A program made the position numbers and the translations under genes. DNA of 17,594 nt from Tubiluchus corallicola (taxonomy: Eukaryota > Animalia > Priapulida): positions 1-17,594 of the forward strand of contig JAQGDQ010002023.1 in NCBI GenBank assembly GCA_030141605.1. Reading direction: 5' to 3'. The notes beneath the pieces are model-generated. The model worked only from the letters and a program-made list of their open reading frames with translations. It ran no database searches and was not told the DNA's origin. Below, one piece after another: positions 1-11,704 of this stretch. How positions within the stretch are numbered: the first letter of the stretch is position 1; each line of letters starts with the position of its first letter.

Positions 1-747
1 ATGTATAGTATAAATACTAATAAATACAAATAATACAATAATATTACAATTGATAATACAATAAAACGGGTTAACATACATAAATAATTACTACGTCAGC
101 AATGTTAGTAAAGCGATGACACTGCTAGCAACAGCAGAAGCAGAATTTCTCGATGAAATTCATTAAATTTACAAAGTGAGGCAGCGTCGCATTTTAGGTG
201 TAAATTTTCACAATTTTACCAAATGTATCAATGTCGTCACGGTTCAGAGATGATTTTATTGATAAGAAATGGAAAGATATATAAAAAATCACACAATATT
301 TATTTTCTCTTTTCTCATCTCCTCTCCCTCCTTTTCTTCTCTGTTTTTCTTTTCTTGTTTTGCGATTTTGCAAATAAAACTACATTCGCATGTTCTTTGA
401 TGTACCAAAACGGCGACGGCATAAGTCTAATCGTGTTTAGTTCTGTGCTGAGCGGCGAGGAGTTACAAAACTTGTCAAAACACAACATTTGCCGTTTCCG
501 TTGTTATCTGTATGTTCGCGTTTCGCTGAGTTTTCAAAAACGGTAATAATTGCCGTTTCCGTAACGGGATGCGTTGGTCACGACACTTCGGAAATAAGTT
601 GTTCTTTATTATTTAACATTTTGAAACGTTTAATAATTAGGTCTGCAGTCAGTCATTTCCAAATTGCCTAAAACTTAAAACTTGTAAGTGGAAAATTAAT
701 TGTTTAATTGAAAAAGAATAAAATTATCAAGTGCGCGATTACATGAG

Positions 748-1128
748 TCATTATCACCATCATTGTTAGAGTCACCATCAGCATTATCCTTGTCGCAATC
801 GTTATCATTATCATCGGCATCAATATCATCATCGTCACCATCATCATCGTCATCGTCATCGTGATCGTCATCATAACGTAGTCGTCGTCGTCATCATCAT
901 TATCATCATCGTCACCATCATCGTCATCATCACCATCATCATCATCATCAACATCATCATCATCAACAACATCATCATCATCGTCATCATCGTCATCATC
1001 ATCATCATCAACATCATCATCATCGTCATCATCATCATCATAATGTCGTCGTCGTCATCATCATTATCATCATCGTCACCATCATCGTTGTCGTCGTCAT
1101 CATCATCATCGTCATCACCATCATCATC

Positions 1129-1159
<31 letters not shown>

Positions 1160-1214
1160 TCATCATCATAACGTCGTCGTCGTCGTCGTCGTCGTAATCG
1201 TCATCATCATCACC
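748..1214. repeat. Imperfect (ATC/GTC)n trinucleotide microsatellite
   Basis: Runs of catcatcat interspersed with cgtcgtcgt; degenerate at the left edge; source of spurious ORF 1038..1265. Confidence 0.95.
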
Positions 1215-2067
1215 TTGATGTTTATCATTACAATGGAATAGCAAGACTAACCACAATGAAATCATTTTTTGACACTGAGTTACCTAATCATGTCAAAACA
1301 TGACTGTAATACAGTTAGCATTTATTTAAATAGTTAACACGATTGTGATTAAACAAACAGTCATTGCTAATGATTTTATTTTGTTAGAGAATTTTAAATG
1401 CAGCCGTTGTAATGAAATTGCATGAATGAAATTATATCTGTTTATATGTAAATAACTGAGGTCCTCCGTGGAAATCAGTCTCAGAAATTTAAAAATTGAG
1501 AACTAATGTCAAATCTGACTTGTCAACTTTACTTTACAAATGTCAAATATTAATACTGCATATAAATTTACGCATAGACTTAAGAGCCGTCCTTTTATTT
1601 ACATTTTTTTACTTTACATAAAAACGTTTTAACTTCATCTTTTTAAATGAATATAAGGGCTTCCTATAATGAAAAAGTAAAAATTTTTACGTATTACTGT
1701 TACACGTGTATCAAGAAAGAACTGTTCATAAGAGATACTTAATTTTACGTAGATTAATTTACTTTGGAATAATTATTATTTGTACAAAAATTGTCATGCG
1801 TATTGCACGAAACAAGGACACATTGATTTATATGGGTTAATATTTCTGTGTATATTAAACACGGTCAGAGTTATAATGTTCGTTTGTTATGGCGTTGATT
1901 ATATGTTGATTCGTTCAGATTCATAGATTCAGTAATTTTACTGCTGATCCTAGATTATATACCATTTTACAACTATAAACGCTCATAATTTTCTGCACAT
2001 TTCATATTTGCATTTGCGTTTGTCTGTGGTAAAAATAATAAGCCGCAATCGTTTACATTCCTAATGA

Positions 2068-2315
2068 CAAAAATGGCAATCTTGCAACAAAGAAGTGTTA
2101 ACTTATTGCAAATTTTGCCTTGCACCCCTGCCCGAATAAGCATTTTGCTAACCGTGAGTATGCAGTGCATGTTAAACATTAGTTAAAAAGGCAAAAATGG
2201 CAATCTTGCAACAAAGAAGTGTTAACTTACTGCAAATTTTGCGTTGCATCCCTGCCCGAATAAGCATTTTGCTAACTGGGAGTATGCAGGGCATGTTAAG
2301 CATTAGTTTTATGGC
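2068..2315. repeat. Tandem duplication, 2 x 124 bp
   Basis: caaaaatggcaatcttgcaacaaagaagtgttaactta...cattagtt starts at 2068 and again at 2192, with only scattered substitutions. Confidence 0.95.
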
Positions 2316-2967
2316 AAACAAATTTTAAATTCATTTGACGTGTACTTCACCGATAAAGTCTAATCAGGCGGGAATATTCAACCCAGGTCTCCACCCCGGC
2401 GCATAAAGATCTTAAGTATACAATTTAACTATATAGAAACAGGTGCATTCTAATGGATAAGAAGTCAAGAGTTATTGATATCAGCCGCAGGTTTGCATTA
2501 GCGCTGATATAAAATGGCAGTATTGGCGGACCCAAGACTGACCCCTGATGTGCGCCGTACTAAATCATTGCCTTTCTGTTCGCTGATTGAAGCAGCAACA
2601 AGCGAACGCATATTTTTAGCATTTGCTCTGACACTCACGCACAAATTTTCGGCGACATTTTCAATTTTCTCTTTGGCGCCCCTTCCTGAATTTATCTAAG
2701 AGTCGGCAAGTGCAAACAGGGGAGATGTGACAGGTAGCGGTCACCAGCCTTGCGTATGCGTGTGATAAGATAGAGAATCAAAGACGAGTAGGCGTGATGC
2801 TAAGATTTCGTTTATCTTGTTATTGGGGTATAAAGCAAATAAACTTACCGTCTTGCGCACACGCTAGCACGTGTCGCATACTCTCACAATGTTTGCAGAA
2901 ATCTCATACTCAACATAGTTCAAGTGGGCAAAAGTCTGGCGCACAGCAAACACTGCTTGAACTAAAC

Positions 2968-3433
2968 CAGGGGTGTGCAAATTGCGGCCCGCCGAGAGAA
3001 TTTGTGCGGCCCGCAAAGAGATTTGTCAATCTAATGAAAGTGCGGCCCGGGTGATTAATTGAGTGTATCCAGCTGAAGTCCGTGCCACGATCCCAAAGAT
3101 AGTGCGGGTAGTTTTTTCTACTAGATCGGATGCCATTAACCCTTACAAGACGGTTGTAGCTTAATGTCACTGTACTACACAGACTAGTATGCATTGTAAT
3201 GAAATTACCACTATCTGTCCTGAAAGTAGAAATATATGGTTTGCAATATAAATTTTAATAACTTCTAAAATAGTTTCTTGAGTGTAGTAGTGATGATGTA
3301 CGCAGGTCGGATGCAAAAAAAATCGTTATTAGGCCTTTCTGTACTTGGCTCCTTGATCAAACTGCCTGTGGCCTACAGGAATTGCGGGAAAGTTTAATGT
3401 GGCCCGGCTAATCAGATAATTTGCACACCCCTG
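2968..3433. mobile_element. Non-autonomous hAT (Charlie-like) DNA transposon / MITE, 466 bp
   Basis: Perfect 16-bp TIRs CAGGGGTGTGCAAATT (2968-2983) / AATTTGCACACCCCTG (3418-3433). Subterminal GYGGCCCG motifs at ~2985, ~3006, ~3043 and ~3399 are typical of Charlie-group elements. The 8-bp flanks AACTAAAC / TCCTATAG both fit nnCTAnAn but are not identical. Confidence 0.88.
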
Positions 3434-3897
3434 TCCTATAGTGTTGCATAGGAATATTATTGCGCCAGTCGTTTAAGCAATTATTGTGCTTGGCACACAT
3501 AAAATCGCGGACGGAGGTCAGCCCAGACAAGCGTCTAGATTTCGTTTCTTTATAAATGTTTGTCGTCATGTCTGAAGTAACCTTACACCAGCGGTCTGCT
3601 TGTGAAAACCTCAAGGACAGGCTTGGAGAAAACGTCTTATAATCACAAAAAAAGAGGAAATCCGGGCAGAGAAACTGCCGATAATAAGCATTGATGCGGT
3701 TATTATTGGGAAGTATTCATAGTTGGCACTATTTCTGGGTATTTGGTTAGACTAGTGATTCCCCATTGCGAAGCGTTTAATTGTTAGCAAAAGTGCGAAA
3801 TAAGAATTCATTTATTTTCGCAAAGTTTCTGAAAGACAAACTTTTTCTTACAACGAAGCAATGGCTGTCATTTATTCATTTATTTTTAATTACTTAT

Positions 3898-3925
3898 TTT
3901 TCTTTCTTTCTTTCTTTCTTTCTTC

Positions 3926-4020
<95 letters not shown>

Positions 4021-4040
4021 TCCTTCTTTCCTTCCTTCTT
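3898..4040. repeat. (TTTC)n microsatellite
   Basis: Direct reading; source of FLSF-type ORFs 3781..4107 and 3861..4058. Confidence 0.97.
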
Positions 4041-4194
4041 TATCAACTTTATTGCTAAGCCTATTTACAACAACACTACAGATTTAACGTTTCTGAAATT
4101 CATGTAGTGTTCTAAGAGTATTTTGGAACATTTTGTCTGTTTGTCTGTAAAGCTTGTTTCTGCAGCGTGATGATGTAAATAAATTCTGCTTTCA

Positions 4195-4431
<237 letters not shown>

Positions 4432-4906
4432 CTGTACCAATACTACAGAACGTAAGATGTACTAAACAACCTAGTTAAAGTGCGCAGCGATGACGCAATG
4501 CATTTCTTCTACTTCTACTGTATTCGTCACTATTCACTTAACGGGCACGGCATCAACTGTGGTATCCACAAATCCAATGCACACCCGTTACGTGTAGTCA
4601 CTGCAAGGCTACAATAAAATGAATCATAACTTTGTATTTTCGAAGATCGTAAATAATGAAACACGGCTCATCTGTAACATTATAACAGTGCAAGTTATAA
4701 CATCTTATTACGTACACAGACCTAAACATAGCTTAACCGTTCCGTTTCGATATCCATATGTTACGTTCTTTTATTTCAGTTCGAATTTATTCTCAAATTT
4801 TTTCGCATTAATATGATCTATCTAGCAGGTGTACAAATTTATTTTTGCGCTTGCTACGTTTTATAAAAAAACTGAGTACATGGCGAATATGAATGAAATA
4901 TTCATG

Positions 4907-4958
4907 GTGAGGGGGAGGGGTGATTGTGTACGTTGTGAGGGGGGAGGGGTGATTGTGT
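4907..4958. repeat. Short G-rich direct repeat (2 x 23-24 bp)
   Basis: gtgaG5-6aG4tgattgtgt at 4907-4929 and 4935-4958. Confidence 0.85.
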
Positions 4959-6176
4959 GTAGTACATTAAAGAAAGACAGGATGGTTATTCTTATACTAT
5001 CCTATTTTCAAGTCGGATAAAAAGTGTAGATCATCTGCAATCTTAAATTGTAGGTCAAAACAATCTGTCTTTAAAATACTGAAACGAAACAGTGTTTTTT
5101 TTCAAATGACTCATGTGAATTATTGCCACACAAACACATTTCCACGTTCGTGCCATTAGTACTTCGCTGTTACGTGCATTTCGCCATTCGCTAGTTAGAC
5201 GAGCACTAGCGCTTGGATTTAGGAAACGCATTGCACAAAAAACAGGTGCTGCACCTCTCAGTTCAGATGCGTTACTTTGTGACGAAGTACACACGTTCGA
5301 CAGCTCATGCTTGAGCATACCAGTAAGTTTGAATTTTTATCTTAAAGCTTGCTTAGTTTTAGTACAACGCACTGAATATCTTACAGTAGCACTGTACTTC
5401 AATTTTCGGTTTCGCAAACACGTGCAACACGCTCGTGGAATATTTTTGCTGTTGAAAATTATGTTAGTTTGTGATGTCATTTCTTTTTTTGCTCATTTAG
5501 AAATGTGAAATTTCGTTTTTGGCGTTTTTCTTTTAATGTTATATAGATGCAAACAAGTGCATAATTCAATATTTCATTATTTTTGATTAGCTATCGTCTG
5601 TACTGCATGCGAAATATTTATAACAGAACTGAGTTGGGGTGGCTGATACGATAACGCATGTTCTTCGCCACCCCTTCCCATTTGATTGGCTATTATTATT
5701 ATTATTATTGGCTACTAAGCTTTAATCGATGTTGTATGTGAGAAAAACAATAAATGATTTGATTTTTTCGATCAATAGTTGGCCTCGCCCGCTGTTAATT
5801 AAGTTTTTAATCTATTATTTAATTATCAGAAACGCTTTTGCAGTAATAACTGTGTTAAAATGTATAATTTTTCTTGGATTTGAAAAAGGGGTTGTATGTG
5901 AAAAATCATCCTGTCTTCCTGAGTACTTTGTGCGCATTAATACCAATAAAAATGCGACATACGAACACGATGATACTTACTCAAATCATAATTTCATTTT
6001 TCCTAGACCTTACTAAACTAGTTTATATTTTATTTTTTGAATTTCTAATTGCACTTATAGTTTAGCGTGCTCCAGACGCATTTGCCCAGAACAGTGTATG
6101 TTTTTTATATGAACTAACACTGATTGTCTGTGTTTTATTATGATGGTCAATGTTTTAAAATGGCAAATAAAGATTT

Positions 6177-6869
<693 letters not shown>

Positions 6870-7485
6870 AATAGTATAAGACGCAAACCATTTGCCGACT
6901 CGGGAATTTCTCAGCCAAAATTGACAAAGTTTATCAGTCGTCTGTAGAGCTTATAAACCTCGCACAAACTTTAGCGGGCGTCAGGAGGTTTAGCAGCTGT
7001 ATTTTAAGTTGCTGGGTCGTCCCATGAATTACCTGAACACATTCAGCGTAGCAAATAGAATGTGTCTTCCACTCTAAGCCGTGAACAAACCCGGGCATTT
7101 AATATATCTCCATCGGCGGGACACAGCAGACAGATTGAAGTCTGGTGGCTCTGAACGTGTTTTATCACCCCGTGCGCTGGCGACAGTGACGAATTCGTTT
7201 AACTTGGACATGTTTGGTTAAAACTCGAGGGTCCACTCGAATAAATGGACTCTGGCATTGTAGACGATGTTTGGTTAAAGTCAGATTCGTCGCGTTTAAC
7301 TTGATAAATGGGCTCCAGATTGCGCTGGTAACTTTCACCTGTGATTACTCACTGTATACTCCCACATTGCTGATGATATTAAATTTCTGTAAAGCTTTTT
7401 AACTTTAGTTGTTTAATGACCAAACCCACGCCCTGTGCAATTATGTCTGCATAATATACAGTCTGCCGTATAAACAATGCAGGTT

Positions 7486-7620
7486 TATATAGCTGCCTTA
7501 GGAACTAATGATCTGTTGAAGTTGTTATTATTCGGAAAAGATGAATTTAACTATGTTGCTAACTGTAAAATAGTCCAATGCATAGATGACTTTATATTAC
7601 GTACTAAACGCTTCCAGTAG
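7486..7620 (+). pseudogene. C-terminal fragment of LINE ORF2 (CR1-like)
   Basis: Frame +1 reads YIAALGTNDLLKLLLFGKDEFNYVANCKIVQCIDDFILRTKRFQ*, matching the recalled LLLFG...N..I...V..FI..TKRF* terminus of invertebrate CR1-group ORF2 proteins. The upstream ATG (7477) lies in the TSD and is not a real start. Confidence 0.75.
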
Positions 7621-7688
7621 TTTCTATCTAATATGAAATGCATCAGTCTTAAATATTCGTACATTAATATTTTCTAACCGTCATTTTC

Positions 7689-7984
7689 TACTAATGTCTA
7701 ATGTAATCTTGTAGTAAAACTTGTCAGCTTGTGTAGTTATAGTCTATTCTTACTGTAAATGTTACTAATGTCTAATGTAATCTTGTAGTAAAACTTGTCA
7801 GCTTGTGTAGTTATAGTCTATTCTTACTGTAAATGTTACTAATGTCTAATGTAATCTTGTAGTAAAACTTGTCAGCTTGTGTAGTTATAGTCAATTCTTA
7901 CTGTAAATGTTACTAATGCCTAATGTAATCTTGTAGTAAAACTTGTCAGCTTGTGTAGTCATAGTCTATTCTTACTGTAAATGT
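7689..7984. repeat. Minisatellite, 4 x 74 bp, inside the LINE 3' UTR
   Basis: tactaatgtctaatgtaatcttgtagtaaaacttgtcagcttgtgtagttatagtctattcttactgtaaatgt at 7689, 7763, 7837 and 7911; 0-2 substitutions per copy. Confidence 0.97.
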
Positions 7985-8078
7985 TTTTGTAAATAGTGTA
8001 TAAAGTCTGTTGTGGTGAGGATCCTAAATCATGTTGTTCAAACTGTCTGATCCAATCTTATAATAAATTGTTTAACTA

Positions 8079-8122
8079 AGAGAGGAGAGCAGTGAAGAGA
8101 GAGGAGAGAGAGAGAGAGAGAG

Positions 8123-8203
<81 letters not shown>

Positions 8204-8212
8204 TGTGTGTGT
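8079..8212. repeat. (GA)n(GT)n compound microsatellite between two copies of the LINE 3' terminus
   Basis: Flanked by tctgttgtggtgaggatcctaaatcatgttgt...aactaa at 8006-8079 and 8219-8299. Confidence 0.95.
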
Positions 8213-8839
8213 CTAAAATCTGTTGTGGTGAGGATCCTAAATCATGTTGTACAAACTGTCTGATCCAATCCTATAACAAATTATGTTTAAACTAAACTTA
8301 ACAATGCAGGATATCATAACATGTTATATCAGACAAGTCTAATATAGATAATAATTGATACAAAAATGGATATAAATATATTAGTGTTTGAATTTCCGTC
8401 TATGAAGTAAGGATTCTCTGTTGAGTCCAAAAGGGTGATCAATTTGAAGTGTGCTGATCCAGTATAATTCTCTTTGTCTTCTATGGGTGTGTGTTGTGAA
8501 TGTTTTCAACGATGTAGATTTTTATATTGCTGCAAGAGTGTCCAGGATTGTGAAAATGTTGTGCTCCTGGCTGGTCATCTTGGCTGTCGGTAGCTTCTCT
8601 GTGCCCTGTGAACCTCATTCTCAGCTGCTGATACAGGATGTCAGGATTTTATTACTATAGTTACACGTTTATCTTATGAGCAACTTAAGCAGATTCCATA
8701 GATAACTTGAATCCAATTGGATTCAATTGTGTAACACAATTGTGCACAATCTATACACAATTTTGTTTTATATATTTGTTATATAATATACAAAATTGTG
8801 CATAAGCTACTTAAGATAGGAACTAATCCGTATACAAAA

Positions 8840-9094
8840 TTACATATATCATGTTACATATAACATATTACATATAACATATAACATATTACATATAAAA
8901 TATTACACATAACATATTACATATTACATATAACATATTACATATTACATATAACATATTACATATAACATATAACATATAACATATAACATATAACATA
9001 TAACATATAACATATAACGTATAACATATTACATATTACATGTTATATATATATATATATATATATGACATTATATATATATATATATATATAT
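8840..9094. repeat. (CATATWA)n heptamer repeat grading into (TA)n
   Basis: catataa/catatta units followed by two TA runs. Confidence 0.93.
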
Positions 9095-9450
9095 GTAGTA
9101 ATTAATTTAGTTTAATTGCACATAGATCTTTGCAGGTGTTTTGCAGGGGTTCGTTTTTGGTCCGCCCTGATTTGCCTAAATAGCAGCAGCTGCTTACATA
9201 ATTTCGTGATATTGGACAAGTTTAAATGAGCATTAGCGAATGATTGTTCAACTAGCACTTAGCTACTGAAACGCGAATAGCTGAGTAAATTTAACATCTT
9301 GTAAAGCTACAATCTCAATCCTAATCTAATAAATGTTTGACATCATCGAGGCATGATAGGCTTGCTCCACAGCAGCGATTTGACTTTTAAATAAAGTCAG
9401 GGTTTAGTTGCCTTTTGGCAATGACAATTGCTAAACTGCTTTGTAAGCAA

Positions 9451-9569
9451 GTTTGTGGTATATGTATTAAGAACATAATTATAACTGACCATGTTGTATA
9501 TATACTCTTGTATCATGTACAGTACAGAATTATCGGCCTGCAAATAGAGACCTTGCTTGTGTTCTGTGC

Positions 9570-9661
<92 letters not shown>

Positions 9662-9986
9662 TGTGTGTGTGTGTGTGCGTGAGTGCGCGTGTGTGTGTCT
9701 GTGTGTGTGTGTGTGTGTGCGTAGTGTGTGTGTGTGTGTGTGTGTGTGTCTGTGTGTGTCTGTGTGTGTGTGAGTGGTGAGTGCGTGTGCGTGTGTGTCT
9801 GTGTGTGTGTGTGTGCGCGCGTGCGTGTGTGTGTGTGTGTGTTTGTGGTATATGTGTTAAGGACATAATTATAACTGACCATGTTGTATATATACTCTTG
9901 TATCATGTACAGTACAGAATTATCGGCCTGCAAATAGAGACCTTGCTTGTGTCTGTGCGTGCGTGCGTGCGTGCGCGCGCGCGCGC

Positions 9987-10040
<54 letters not shown>

Positions 10041-10332
10041 AGTGTGTGTGTGTGTGTGTGTGTGTGTCTGTGTGTGTGTGTGTGTGTGTGAGTGGTGAGT
10101 GCGTGTGCGTGTGTCTGTGTGTGTGTGTGCGTGCGTGTGTGTGTGTGTGTGTTTGTGGTATATGTGTTAAGGACATAATTATAACTGACCGTGTTATATA
10201 TATACTCTATATCATGTATACTCTCTATACTCTCTATATATATATATACTCTTATATCATGTACAGTACAGAATTATCGGCCTGCAAATAGAGACCTTGC
10301 TTGTATGTATGTGTGCGTGCGTGTGCGTGCGT
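9451..10332. repeat. Triplicated unit: ~110-bp unique core plus (GT)n array
   Basis: Core gtttgtggtatatgt.ttaa...gagaccttgcttgt starts at 9451, 9841 and 10151, separated by GT/GC arrays; the third core has an internal tatactct expansion. Confidence 0.95.
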
Positions 10333-11704
10333 GCGTGCGTGCGTGCGTGTGTATTTGCAAATAGATTCATCATCATCGTCAAAAACAATACAGTTTTGAG
10401 ATATGTTCCCTGACGATCATAGTTGATTATACAGCAGCTCACCACAAAAACTTGAAATTATAACATGACAAGCTGTAACTGACTTTGGGTGGGGTAATAA
10501 GGTGGAGGGCCTGCAAGAGGTGGAGGTATACTACACTTTGTTTCTACGATTAAAAAAGCCCCCCTCGTGGTGTGACAAAAGAGTATCACTTCTTGTCGCC
10601 ATCCTTTTTAGCCACTTACCAGAGAAATCTGGAGACTTGACAACCTCTCACGTTCACCGTGTCACGACAAAGTCCCGCCTATTTTTATATGATAAAGCAC
10701 GAACATAGAATGTTAATGTTGATAAACAATAATACATAATCAGCCCACCTGCGTGTAAAAGTGTTTACACTGTTTGTAAGTAAATCCAAACAAACAAACC
10801 TTACGCTGCAATCATAACAGGGATTTGTGAATGTAAGCTAAACGCATAATATCGCGCATTACCATACCAATGTGCGTTTTTTAGTTTCGCACAAGTGACG
10901 CAAAAAGTGGCTGTATTACAGTACAAGCCGCTACAAAGGATCCAGATTTGCAACGTTCTTGTGAAAACACCCATGTTGGATTATCGTGTCAGGAGCAAAT
11001 TTAGCTAATAAAGTGGCTAAGTGCCCAGCCAGCAGAAATAAACTTACCTGCCCTCAAATCTGGAAGGGGATTTGCAAAAATTGGGGCTAATTAAATACGT
11101 GTGGAGCGCTGGAAATCCGATAGAAATCTCATTAAATCTCGGGCGCTTATACAAAGTAACTGACTTCGCCTTTATTTTAAGCGGCCGCGAGCCACTCTAG
11201 AATTTAAGAGCTCGTGTTACGGTGAAAGACCTGCGAAAGAGTTAAGCCAGAGAGCTCTTAGCCCCGGTAACAATGCCCTCTTAGCTGTTAATTTGCCGGG
11301 CCGCACAATGCGGTTTAAAGTATTTATTTAAATTGGTTCATTTCTTTGCATTTCTCCTTCGAGCACTTACGGGAATTGTCCCGTGGCCCACGTGCACAAC
11401 GGGTTGACAAAAGGGACAAAAGCCCGGCTGTAAAAAAGCAAATAGGGCAGCCGCATACCACACGTCTTGAATTTCAACGTTGAATTTTTGCCAACTGCTG
11501 AAAAGTTTGGAATGGTTAGCACTTTGTTACGAGCCACGGAGGCGTGTCCGAAACATTAAAATGACCATTACAGGGCCGCCGAATCGGAAAAAGGTGGATA
11601 AAGAATTAAGGAGGGAGGCAGATGCAAATCTTCAGTGGGCAGTCGTTCCGAGGCTTCAGTACTGCGACAATAAATGTAATTTTGTCAAAGTGCGCATGAT
11701 TGTA

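Larger units (their letters stand above)
7484..8299 (+). mobile_element. 5'-truncated CR1-group non-LTR retrotransposon (LINE) with 11-bp target-site duplication
   Basis: AACAATGCAGG flanks both sides (7473-7483, 8300-8310). Contains an ORF2 C-terminal remnant, a 3' UTR with AATAAA/AACAAA and a short (AAACT)n-like tail. Confidence 0.8.

Noticed and set aside
223-671. ORFs 223..546 and 489..671
   Set aside because: Low-complexity T-rich translation, no domain and no exon structure.
7689-7984. Regular repeats as a possible CRISPR array
   Set aside because: Head-to-tail 74-bp units with no unique spacers, no cas genes, and a eukaryotic LINE-UTR context.
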